DNA from: an uncultured Candidatus Saccharibacteria bacterium
GTDB lineage: Bacteria; Patescibacteriota; Minisyncoccia; Minisyncoccales; CSSED10-335
NCBI GenBank assembly: GCA_964452925.1
Contig: CAYVNL010000065.1
Span: 1-28,348, forward strand
Direction of reading: 5' to 3'
Length of the DNA stretch: 28,348 nucleotides
Positions 6,739 through 15,250 of the stretch are shown here, one piece after another. Each line of letters starts with the position of its first letter. Position 1 is the first letter of the stretch. The notes beneath the pieces were generated by a model that did no database searches, was not told the DNA's origin, and saw only the letters and a list, made by a program, of their open reading frames with translations. The position numbers were made by a program, and so were the translations under genes.

Positions 6739-8067
6739 ATGATTCAAAAATTTATAATAAAAGGAGGTAAACCACTAAACGGAAGTATAGATGTTAGGGG
6801 ATCTAAAAATGCCGCAACTCCAATAATTGCAGCAACGCTATTAACAAAAAAACCCTGCATTATTTCTAATATACCATTAATAGAAGATGTTTTTAGAATG
6901 ATTGAATTAATAAAAAGTCTTGGAGCAAAAATTGACTGGTTATCTGAAAATGAAATAAAAATAGAGGCTAAAAACATAGATCCTAAAAAGCTAGATAAAT
7001 CATTAATTTCTAAAATGAGATCATCTATTCTTATCTTGGGACCAATTTTAGCAAGGTGTGGTTTTGTAGAGATAACTCATCCAGGTGGTTGTATAATTGG
7101 TACAAGGTCCATAGAAACACACCTAAAAGCATTTGAGAGTATTGCTAGCGTTAATGTTTCTCAGACAAATTCTAACCTTGATAAAAATAGTGGTAAATAT
7201 TCAGAAAAAAATAAAGTATATTCTTTAAAATTAAATAAAAAAATCAAAAGTAGAGAAATAGTATTAGATGAGTTTTCTGTTACGGCAACAGAGAACATAT
7301 TAATGGCTTGTTCTCTTTTACCTGAAAAAAAGATAATTAAAATTGCGGCTTGTGAACCTCATGTACAAGATTTGATAATTTTTCTTCAAAAAATGGGTGT
7401 TAATATTAATGGTGGTGGAAATCATACTATAAATATTTTAGGTAAGAAAAATCTTTCTGGTGCCAATCATTCTATTTGCTATGATTATATAGAAGCGGGA
7501 ACATATATATTGATGACTCTTACGGTTGGTGGTAGGGTTCAGGTAAATAATGTTCCAATTAATCATCTTGATTTGTTTTTTAAAAAAATAATATCAGCTG
7601 GAGCCAATATAAAAATAGTAAGCAAAAATTCAGTTATAGTAGAAAAGTCTAATAATATGAAAATAGACAAGATTCAAACATCTCCTTATCCTGGAATACC
7701 AACCGACCTACAGTCTTGTTTTGGTGTTATGGCGACCCAAACAATAGGAATGACACTAATACAAGATCCACTTTATGACGGTAGATTAAAATATTTAGAA
7801 GAGTTAAATAAAATGGGTGCAGAGATTGTTTTTTGCGACCCTCACAGAGCTGTTGTTAATGGTCCAACGAATCTTTATGGGGCAGAACTAGGAACATTTG
7901 ACCTTAGAGGGGGCGTGGCTTTAATTATCGCTGGCTTAGCGGCCAAAGGAATTACTATAATTAATAACATATCTCAAGTTGATAGGGGTTATGAGAAAAT
8001 AGAAGAAAGACTTCAGAAAATAGGAGCAGATATAAAAAGAATTAATATAGAAAAAATATTATTATAA
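6739..8067 (+). CDS. murA: UDP-N-acetylglucosamine 1-carboxyvinyltransferase
   Basis: GSKNAA; MRSSILILGP; PGGC.IG.R (catalytic Cys loop); PYPGIPTDLQ; DLRGG; DRGYE. Confidence 0.97.
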   Translation: MIQKFIIKGGKPLNGSIDVRGSKNAATPIIAATLLTKKPCIISNIPLIEDVFRMIELIKSLGAKIDWLSENEIKIEAKNIDPKKLDKSLISKMRSSILILGPILARCGFVEITHPGGCIIGTRSIETHLKAFESIASVNVSQTNSNLDKNSGKYSEKNKVYSLKLNKKIKSREIVLDEFSVTATENILMACSLLPEKKIIKIAACEPHVQDLIIFLQKMGVNINGGGNHTINILGKKNLSGANHSICYDYIEAGTYILMTLTVGGRVQVNNVPINHLDLFFKKIISAGANIKIVSKNSVIVEKSNNMKIDKIQTSPYPGIPTDLQSCFGVMATQTIGMTLIQDPLYDGRLKYLEELNKMGAEIVFCDPHRAVVNGPTNLYGAELGTFDLRGGVALIIAGLAAKGITIINNISQVDRGYEKIEERLQKIGADIKRINIEKILL

Positions 8068-8071
8068 AAAT

Positions 8072-9079
8072 ATGTTAACTAGAAAAATAGGAATTGATTT
8101 GGGTACCTGTAATTCTTTGGTTTTTATACCAGGGAAGGGTATTATCGTTGAAGAACCATCAGTTGTTGCCGTTTCTATATCTGAAAACAGAGTTTTAGCG
8201 GTTGGGCTAGAGGCTAAGGAGATGATGGGTAGAACGCCAGACACAATTAAGGTTTATAGACCGTTAAGAGATGGTGTTATTGCTGAATATAAGATAACAG
8301 AGGTCATGATAAGACATTTTATAAAGAGAGCAATGGGTTTTTTTAAATTTATTAAGCCAGAGCTAGTTATTGGTGTTCCAGCAGGAATAACATCAACAGA
8401 GAAGAGAGCAGTCATAGAAGCTGCATCTCTTGCTGGTGCTAAATCTGTATATTTAACTCAAGAGCCAATACTGGCAGCAATTGGAGCCGGAATACCAATT
8501 AATTCTTGCTCTGGTCACATGATAGTTGATATAGGGGGTGGTACGACAGAGGTAGCTGTAATATCTTTGGGTGGTATAGTCACGTATAGCTCATTAAGGA
8601 CCGCTGGAGACAAAATAGATTCTTCAATAATAGAATACGTTAAAAAGAAATATAAATTGGCTATAGGCCTTCAAACAGGTGAATCTATAAAAATTAATAT
8701 AGGAACGGCAATATCTGAGCCCGAAGAAAAAAAGATGGAAATAAGAGGAAGAGACTTAGCGTTGGGTTTACCTAGAAATATAATTATTGGATCAAATGAG
8801 ATAGCAGAAGCTATAGGAGAGACATTAGAAGAAATAATAAAAACAATAAGGCAGGTTTTAAGAGAGACGCCACCAGAATTATCAGCAGATATAATGGATA
8901 AGGGCATGGTTGTCGCTGGTGGCGGATCATTGCTTAGAAATATTGATATTCTTATATCTCAAAGCACAGGTGTCCCTTGTTTTATAGCGGAAAATCCACT
9001 TGTTTGCGTTGCTAAGGGAACAGGAATTGTTTTAGAGAATCTAGATTTTTACAAAAGAAGTATAATGAAAAAGAAATGA
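8072..9079 (+). CDS. mreB: MreB/Mbl actin-like protein, paralog 1
   Basis: IGIDLGT; EPSVVA; RPLRDGVIA; EKRAV; EPILAAIGAG; VDIGGGTTEVAVISLGG; AGDKID; AGGGSLL. Confidence 0.96.
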   Translation: MLTRKIGIDLGTCNSLVFIPGKGIIVEEPSVVAVSISENRVLAVGLEAKEMMGRTPDTIKVYRPLRDGVIAEYKITEVMIRHFIKRAMGFFKFIKPELVIGVPAGITSTEKRAVIEAASLAGAKSVYLTQEPILAAIGAGIPINSCSGHMIVDIGGGTTEVAVISLGGIVTYSSLRTAGDKIDSSIIEYVKKKYKLAIGLQTGESIKINIGTAISEPEEKKMEIRGRDLALGLPRNIIIGSNEIAEAIGETLEEIIKTIRQVLRETPPELSADIMDKGMVVAGGGSLLRNIDILISQSTGVPCFIAENPLVCVAKGTGIVLENLDFYKRSIMKKK

Positions 9080-9978
9080 TAATTGGTCATAAAAAACAGC
9101 AAGAGATATTATCTAAAATGATTTTAACTCGAAAAATACCTCATGCAATGATTTTTGAAGGACCATCAAAGTTAGGTAAAAAAAAGATAGCACTAGATTT
9201 TGTTGAGAAATTATTTTGCGCTAAAGACGATTACAACAATCTTGAATCTTGTAATAGCTTTAAAAAGGGAAATCATCCAGATTTGACGTTAATATCTTCC
9301 CTAGGAAAAGAAATTAAAATACCCGAAATTAGGAAAATAATAAATAAATTTTCACTAAAACCAAATATAGCAGAATTTAAGATAGCTATTATAGATGATG
9401 CTCATTTGATGAATAAAGATGCCCAGAATTCTATTTTAAAATTATTGGAAGAGCCAGAAGGAAAATCAATTATAATATTTATTACAGAATATCCTGACAT
9501 GATTCTTTCAACAGTTAGGTCTAGATCTGTAAAAATTAAGTTTTTTTCAGTTCAAGAAGAAGAGATAAGATTATTTTTAGAGAAAAATGATTCAAAAGAA
9601 ATAGAAAAAATAACACTCTTTTCTTTTAATAAACCAGGAATAGCGATAGATTTAATGAACGATATAGATAAAATAAACGAACGAAAGAATAAGATGAAAG
9701 AATTTATAGATATTATTTCTGAATCTACCCCTATATATAAAAAATTTAACTATATTAAAAAGATAACAGAAAACACAGAAGAGCTAGAAGACTTAATGGT
9801 TATGTGGCTAAATTATTTCAGATCTTTGATGAGAAAGAAAGCAGAAGGATTTAAGGTAAACCAATCTTTTTTAAAAATTAAAAAATCATTGGAATTAATA
9901 GAAAAACATATAAATATTGTTTTTAAAACAAATACAAATAAAAACATGGTATTAGAAGTTTTAATTATGAATTTATAA
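9076..9978 (+). CDS. holB: DNA polymerase III delta-prime subunit
   Basis: IIGHKKQ; HAMIFEGP...GK; NHPDL; KIAIIDDAHLMN..AQNSILKLLEEP; TVRSR. Confidence 0.88.
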   Translation: MIIGHKKQQEILSKMILTRKIPHAMIFEGPSKLGKKKIALDFVEKLFCAKDDYNNLESCNSFKKGNHPDLTLISSLGKEIKIPEIRKIINKFSLKPNIAEFKIAIIDDAHLMNKDAQNSILKLLEEPEGKSIIIFITEYPDMILSTVRSRSVKIKFFSVQEEEIRLFLEKNDSKEIEKITLFSFNKPGIAIDLMNDIDKINERKNKMKEFIDIISESTPIYKKFNYIKKITENTEELEDLMVMWLNYFRSLMRKKAEGFKVNQSFLKIKKSLELIEKHINIVFKTNTNKNMVLEVLIMNL

Positions 9979-9982
9979 AAAT

Positions 9983-10543
9983 ATGGATTTAAAAAATATT
10001 ATAAAAGAAGCACGCAACGAGTTTGATAGAGTTATATCTTTTTTTGAAAAAGACATAACGGGAATAAGAACTGGTAGAGCAACACCATCTTTAGTTGAAA
10101 ATATAGTAGTTGATTCTTATGATTCAAAGATGCCAGTAAAACAAATTGCTTCGATAAATATACCAGGAACAAGAATCATAGTTATTCAACCATGGGATAA
10201 ATCAATTATTCCTAACATAGAAAAAGCCATTTCTCAATCAGATCTTGGGATAAATCCAGTTAGTGACAATGATTCAGTAAAAATAAATTTACCACCATTA
10301 ACCGAAGAATTTAGAAAAAAATTAATAAAAATTTTAAACGAAAAATCTGAAGAAGCCAGGATTTCATTGAGAAGATCAAGGGAAGAATTTTGGAAAGAAA
10401 TGCAAAATGGATTTAAAGAGGGGTCAATTAGGGAAGACGATAAATTTAAAGGGAAAGAAGATCTTCAAAAAACAATAGATGAGTATAATAAAAAAATAGA
10501 AGATATTTCTAGTCAAAAAAAGAAAGAAATAATGGATAATTAA
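9983..10543 (+). CDS. frr: Ribosome recycling factor
   Basis: IRTGRATPSLV; IQPWD; LGINP; PPLTEEFRK; ARISLR; KEDLQK. Confidence 0.97.
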   Translation: MDLKNIIKEARNEFDRVISFFEKDITGIRTGRATPSLVENIVVDSYDSKMPVKQIASINIPGTRIIVIQPWDKSIIPNIEKAISQSDLGINPVSDNDSVKINLPPLTEEFRKKLIKILNEKSEEARISLRRSREEFWKEMQNGFKEGSIREDDKFKGKEDLQKTIDEYNKKIEDISSQKKKEIMDN

Positions 10544-10544
10544 T

Positions 10545-11609
10545 ATGATTTTTTATATTTTCATTTCAATAATAAGTTTAGTTGCTTTGGTTGCATTTCA
10601 CGAACTAGGTCATTTTTTAGTTGCAAAAAAATTGGGAGTTAAAGTTGAAGAATTTGGTATTGGTATTCCTCCAAGAATCTTTGCTAAAAAATTTAAAGAA
10701 ACGGTTTATTCTTTAAACCTTTTGCCAATTGGAGCTTTTGTTAGACTATATGGAGAAGATAAGAAAATTAAGGATAATAGAAGTTTTAGTGAGAAAAGTA
10801 TTTTTCATAGAATTTTAATATTACTAGGTGGTGTTGTTGCCTTTTGGATAATTGCCTTTATATTATTAACTTTTGTTATGTTTATTGGATTTGAATCTTC
10901 GATAGATGACACTCTTTATGCTCCAAATGCAAAAGTTATTGTTATTGATTTTTTAGAGGGCTATCCATCTGAGAAATCAGGAATTAAGAAGAATGACACT
11001 ATTCTTAGTCTTTCTCTTGGAGAAAAAGAGATTTTAGTTAATAAACAATCTGACGTCACTGATTTTTTAGAAGAAAACAAAGGAGAAGAGATATCTTTTT
11101 TAATTAAAAGAGGTGATTTAATTGATAGTTTTAACCTTATATCTAATGAAGAAAAAGGAGTAATGGGTTTTTATTTATTAAGAGTTGATAATAAAAGATA
11201 TCCTTGGTATGAAGCTCCATTTCAGGGAGCAGTTATGACGGGTAGGGCAACAATTAATACTGCATATCTCTTAGGTACTTCAGTTAAAAACTTAATAATT
11301 AAAGAGCCTATGCCAATAGGTGTTAAAGTTACTGGTCCGGTTGGAATAGTCAGAGACTTTTTTATCGGTTCATTAGAAAGGGGAATATCTGACTATCTTC
11401 AAGTCATGGCCCTTGTCTCTATATCGCTAGTAATATTTAATCTTATTCCTATACCAGCGCTAGATGGTGGCCGAATACTTTTCTTAATTATTGAAAAAAT
11501 AAAAGGAAGTCCAGTTAGTGAGGAGATAGAAAAAAATGCAATAGCTTTCTCTTTTCTTATTTTAATATCTATTTTTATTTTAATAACAATTAATGATATT
11601 ATGGGATGA
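10545..11609 (+). CDS. rseP: M50 site-2 intramembrane zinc protease with PDZ-like domain (RseP/RasP family)
   Basis: HELGH; EEFGIGIPP; PIGAFVRLYGE; GPVGI; NLIPIPALDGG. Confidence 0.92.
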   Translation: MIFYIFISIISLVALVAFHELGHFLVAKKLGVKVEEFGIGIPPRIFAKKFKETVYSLNLLPIGAFVRLYGEDKKIKDNRSFSEKSIFHRILILLGGVVAFWIIAFILLTFVMFIGFESSIDDTLYAPNAKVIVIDFLEGYPSEKSGIKKNDTILSLSLGEKEILVNKQSDVTDFLEENKGEEISFLIKRGDLIDSFNLISNEEKGVMGFYLLRVDNKRYPWYEAPFQGAVMTGRATINTAYLLGTSVKNLIIKEPMPIGVKVTGPVGIVRDFFIGSLERGISDYLQVMALVSISLVIFNLIPIPALDGGRILFLIIEKIKGSPVSEEIEKNAIAFSFLILISIFILITINDIMG

Positions 11610-12691
11610 TAAAACAAATAAAAAAAACAATAAAAGATTTTTTTAAAAAAATTATAGGTAAAATATCTACTGATATTGCCATAGACCTAGGAACAGCTAA
11701 CTCTTTAGTTTATGTCAAAGGCAGGGGGATTATAATATCAGAGCCATCGGTTGTTGCTGTTAATCAGAAAACAGGTCAAATACTAGCTATTGGAGAAGAA
11801 GCCAAAAGGATGGTTGGCAAGACACCAGCTCATATAGTAGCAACAAGACCTTTGGTTTCTGGTGTTGTTTCAGATTTTGACACAACAGAACAAATGTTAA
11901 GATATTTTATAGATAAAGCTCGAAAAAATAGTTTTATTTTTAGCTTTAGGCCAAGATTAATTGTTGGCATTCCTTTTGGTGTTACTGAAGTAGAGAAGAA
12001 AGCAGTGCAGGACGCTGGTAAAAGTGCAGGGGCAAGAGTTGTTTATCTTATAGAAGAACCAATGGCTTCTGCTATTGGTTCAAGGCTTCCAGTTCAAGAT
12101 GCTGGGGGTAATCTTATTGTTGATATAGGTGGAGGAACAACAGAGGTAGCGGTAATATCTTTGGGTGGGATAGTTGTTGCGAAAAGTTTAAGGGTTGCTG
12201 GAGATAAGCTTAATGAAGATATCGTTAAATTTATAGAAGAAGAACATAAGTTATTGATAGGGGAAAGAACAGCCGAGGAAATTAAGATCAATATTGGATC
12301 GGCTTACTCTTTTAAAGAAAAATTAGAGGTTCCAGTTAGGGGAAGAAATATTATAACCGGTCTTCCGGAAGAGATTATTGTTACGGATAAAGATATTAGA
12401 AAAGCCTTAGAGAAGTCAGTGAAAGAAATAATTGCCTCTATAAAGACTACGATAGAAGAGACGCCTCCAGAACTATTGTCTGATATAATGACTAAGGGAA
12501 TATATTTAATGGGGGGCGGAGGTCTTTTAAGGGGGTTAGATCTTTTGATTACAGAAGAAACCAAAATAAAAACAAAAATAGCAGATGATCCATTAACTGC
12601 AGTTGCTCGTGGAGCAGGATTTGTATTAGAAAACATAGATGAACTTCAAGAAGTGTTAGTTGATACTAATATTATTAAGGCACCAAAATAA
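11606..12691 (+). CDS. mreB: MreB actin-like protein, paralog 2, with N-terminal amphipathic extension
   Basis: IAIDLGTANSL; EPSVVA; RPLVSGVVSDFD; TEVEKKAV; EEPMASAIG; VDIGGGTTEVAVISLGG; AGDKLN; GGGGLL; DPLTAVARG. Confidence 0.97.
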   Translation: MIKQIKKTIKDFFKKIIGKISTDIAIDLGTANSLVYVKGRGIIISEPSVVAVNQKTGQILAIGEEAKRMVGKTPAHIVATRPLVSGVVSDFDTTEQMLRYFIDKARKNSFIFSFRPRLIVGIPFGVTEVEKKAVQDAGKSAGARVVYLIEEPMASAIGSRLPVQDAGGNLIVDIGGGTTEVAVISLGGIVVAKSLRVAGDKLNEDIVKFIEEEHKLLIGERTAEEIKINIGSAYSFKEKLEVPVRGRNIITGLPEEIIVTDKDIRKALEKSVKEIIASIKTTIEETPPELLSDIMTKGIYLMGGGGLLRGLDLLITEETKIKTKIADDPLTAVARGAGFVLENIDELQEVLVDTNIIKAPK

Positions 12692-12978
12692 TGATAGAAA
12701 AAGACGAGTTTAATAAAATAACAAATCTTGCAAGAATATTTTTAACAGAAGAAGAAAAGGATGTTATTTTTAATGATTTTTCTAAAATTATTAATTATGT
12801 TGACAAAATCAAAGAAGTCAAAACGGACAAAGTTCCTTTAAAAGAAATGAATACATCTTCTTCTCTTAGGAATGATAATGCTATAAAGTCAGAGAATGGT
12901 ATAGATCTAGTGAAGTCATTTAATAATAAAGAGGGATTTCTTAAGGTTAATAGGGTTATTAAGAAAAAAAATGAATAA
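12691..12978 (+). CDS. gatC: Asp/Glu-tRNA amidotransferase subunit C
   Basis: ITNLARI.L...E; IINYVDKIKEV; LRND; 95 aa directly upstream of gatA. Confidence 0.88.
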   Translation: MIEKDEFNKITNLARIFLTEEEKDVIFNDFSKIINYVDKIKEVKTDKVPLKEMNTSSSLRNDNAIKSENGIDLVKSFNNKEGFLKVNRVIKKKNE

Positions 12979-14386
12979 TTTTTCTTTGATGACAATAAAA
13001 GATATTAGAGAGGGGTTGAATAAAAATGATTTTTCAGTAGTTGAGATTACGAATTTTTTTATTGATAAGATAAAAAAAGATAAATCAGGATCTTTTATTA
13101 CGATATCAGAAAAACTTGCACTAGAACTTGCAAATAATTCAGACAAAGATATTGGTCTAGGCATAAAAAAAGATCTTTTAGGTATTCCGTTTGGAATAAA
13201 AGACAACATTGCTGTTAAGAATATTCTTTATACTGCTGGATCGAAAATGTTAGAAAATCATAAATCTTGCTATGATGCAGAAGTCATTGAAAAACTTAAA
13301 AAAAATGGTTCGGTTATATTAGGAAAATTAAACATGGATGAGTTTGCAATGGGATCATCAAACGAAAGTTCATTTTTTGGTAATGTTAATAATCCTCATG
13401 ATCCAGAAAGAGTTGCTGGCGGTTCTTCTGGGGGTTCGGCTGCATCGGTTGCTTTAGGGCTGTCAGTTTTTTCTCTTGGTTCTGATACTGGTGGGTCAAT
13501 AAGGCAGCCAGCATCTTTTTGTGGAGTTGTTGGATTAAAACCAACCTATGGATCTGTTTCTAGAAGAGGTCTTATATCTTTAGCTTCATCACTAGATCAA
13601 ATCGGTACTTTAACAAAAAATATAGATGATTCGATAAGTGTTTTTAATATTATATCTGGCAGAGATCCACTAGATTCAACATCAAAAGAAACAGACAAAA
13701 AGATTAAAGAAATTGATTTTTCTAAAATAAAAATAGGTGTTCCAAAGGAATATTTTATTGATGGAATAGATCCAAGGATTGAAAAAATGATAAAGGATTG
13801 CATAGATAAATTATATAAAAAAGGAATTGAAATTAAAGAAATAAGCCTTCCACATACAAAATATGCCCTTCCGGTATATTATATTATTATGTCTTCAGAA
13901 GCTTCAACTAATTTAAGCAGATACGATGGCTTAAGGTATGGTTTCAATAAAAAAGAAAAAAAAGATATAATAGATTGTTATTTCAATAACAGGGGAGATG
14001 GTTTTGGTTTAGAAGTTAAAAGAAGAATAATACTAGGAACTTATTGTCTTTCATCTGGATATAAGGATGCATACTACAACAAAGCAATGAAGATAAGGAA
14101 TTTAATAGAAAATGACTTTAATGATGCATTTAAAGAAGTTGATATAATCATTTCGCCAACATGCCCTGAGTTACCATTCAAGATAGGGGAGAAAAATATT
14201 AATCCTGTTTCAATGTATCTTTCAGATATACTTACAGTAACTGCTAATTTGTCTGGAATCCCTGCAATTTCTATGCCTTGTGGTAAAATAAACAATCTTC
14301 CTATTGGAATCCAACTAATGGGTAATAAATTTGAAGATTTAAAAATGCTAGAAATAGCTAAATATTTTGAAAAAATATGGAAATAA
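12971..14386 (+). CDS. gatA: Asp/Glu-tRNA amidotransferase subunit A
   Basis: IKDNI; GKLNMDEFAMGSS; GGSSGGSAA; GSDTGGSIRQPAS; NLSRYDG; EVKRRIILG. Confidence 0.98.
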   Translation: MNNFSLMTIKDIREGLNKNDFSVVEITNFFIDKIKKDKSGSFITISEKLALELANNSDKDIGLGIKKDLLGIPFGIKDNIAVKNILYTAGSKMLENHKSCYDAEVIEKLKKNGSVILGKLNMDEFAMGSSNESSFFGNVNNPHDPERVAGGSSGGSAASVALGLSVFSLGSDTGGSIRQPASFCGVVGLKPTYGSVSRRGLISLASSLDQIGTLTKNIDDSISVFNIISGRDPLDSTSKETDKKIKEIDFSKIKIGVPKEYFIDGIDPRIEKMIKDCIDKLYKKGIEIKEISLPHTKYALPVYYIIMSSEASTNLSRYDGLRYGFNKKEKKDIIDCYFNNRGDGFGLEVKRRIILGTYCLSSGYKDAYYNKAMKIRNLIENDFNDAFKEVDIIISPTCPELPFKIGEKNINPVSMYLSDILTVTANLSGIPAISMPCGKINNLPIGIQLMGNKFEDLKMLEIAKYFEKIWK

Positions 14387-14919
14387 CAAATGAATTTATA
14401 AATGAAATTATAAAATACGCCATTGACCCTCTATCTATACCATCGCCATTTATAAATATCTTTATAATAGCTAGATATCTATTTTTTATTTTTGCAATAT
14501 TTTCTATTTTTCTTATTGTTTATATATTGATTACAACGAGTTGGCTTAAGTTTAAATTTTTTGAAGATGCTCTGGAGTTTATAAAGTTTAGACCTTACGG
14601 AAGCGACAAATATCATAAAGATTGGAAAAAGATATCAAAGCAAGTTGAATCAGGGATTGAAGCAGAATATAAGCTAGCAATAATTAAAGCAGATACCATA
14701 TTAAATGAAGTTTTAGAAAGCATAGGTTATACTAAAGGTTCAACAGAGGAGAAAATAAAACAAGCAGGACCATTAGAAATAAATAATTTCGTAGAAATAC
14801 AAGAGGCTAGGATAGTTAGGAATGGTATTATTCACGATCCAGACTATGATTTATCTTATGAAAAGACAAAGGAAGTTCTAGCCATATATAAGGAAACAAT
14901 TAAAACTCTAGGAATATAA
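14377..14919 (+). CDS. Single-TM hypothetical protein with C-terminal helical domain carrying a HEPN-like RNxxxH motif
   Basis: Hydrophobic segment about aa 27-53; EYKLAIIKAD..L..VL; ARIVRNGIIHD (R148-H153). Confidence 0.6.
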   Translation: MEITNEFINEIIKYAIDPLSIPSPFINIFIIARYLFFIFAIFSIFLIVYILITTSWLKFKFFEDALEFIKFRPYGSDKYHKDWKKISKQVESGIEAEYKLAIIKADTILNEVLESIGYTKGSTEEKIKQAGPLEINNFVEIQEARIVRNGIIHDPDYDLSYEKTKEVLAIYKETIKTLGI

Positions 14920-14945
14920 AAAACCATCCTTAGGATGGTTTTTTT
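14918..14945. terminator. Bidirectional intrinsic terminator between the murA operon and the tRNA operon
   Basis: AAAAAACCATCC-tta-GGATGGTTTTTTT; A run before and T run after a perfect stem, between convergent units. Confidence 0.88.
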
Positions 14946-14948
14946 CTG

Positions 14949-15022
14949 CGGGGACGACCGGACTTGAACCGGCAACCTCCACTGTGACAGAGTGGCGATC
15001 TAACCAATTGATCTACGCCCCC
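14949..15022 (-). tRNA. tRNA-Asp(GTC)
   Basis: Full cloverleaf: GGGGGCG acceptor, anticodon arm CCACT-CTGTCAC-AGTGG, TTCAAGT T loop, G73; CCA not encoded. Confidence 0.97.
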
Positions 15023-15029
15023 TAGGTTA

Positions 15030-15103
15030 TGCCGACGGGAGGTCTCGAACCTCCGACCTACGGCTTATGAATCCGTCGCTCTAACCAGCTGAGCTACGCC
15101 GGC
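15030..15103 (-). tRNA. tRNA with CAT anticodon (elongator Met or Ile2)
   Basis: GCCGGCG acceptor fully paired, AGCTGGTTA D loop, ACGGA-TTCATAA-GCCGT anticodon arm, TTCGAGA T loop, A73; CCA not encoded. Confidence 0.93.
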
Positions 15104-15117
15104 AAACTATGAAATTG

Positions 15118-15188
15118 TTGCGGGGGCCGGAATTGCACCGGCGCCTTGAGGTTATGGGCCTCACATGGTACTACTCCACCACCCCGCT
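15118..15188 (-). tRNA. Initiator tRNA-fMet(CAT), atypical
   Basis: AGCGGGG...CCCCGCA-A acceptor nearly identical to bacterial fMet with a 1:72 mismatch; anticodon arm TGAGG-CCCATAA-CCTCA; T loop TGCAATT; 71 nt. Confidence 0.85.
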
Positions 15189-15199
15189 ATATAGATCTG

Positions 15200-15228
15200 A
15201 TTGTAATATAATTTTATTTTTTAATCAA
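15200..15228 (-). promoter_or_regulatory. Promoter of the tRNA operon
   Basis: Minus strand TTGATT (15228-15223), 17 nt, TACAAT (15205-15200); predicted +1 about 5 nt before the first tRNA. Confidence 0.75.
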
Positions 15229-15250
15229 GTCTTTTACTTTTTTTGAGGGC

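Noticed and set aside
9190-9300. HolB with a degenerate zinc module (two Cys) and SRS for SRC
   Set aside because: Such degeneration is common in delta-prime subunits; no evidence of a new function.
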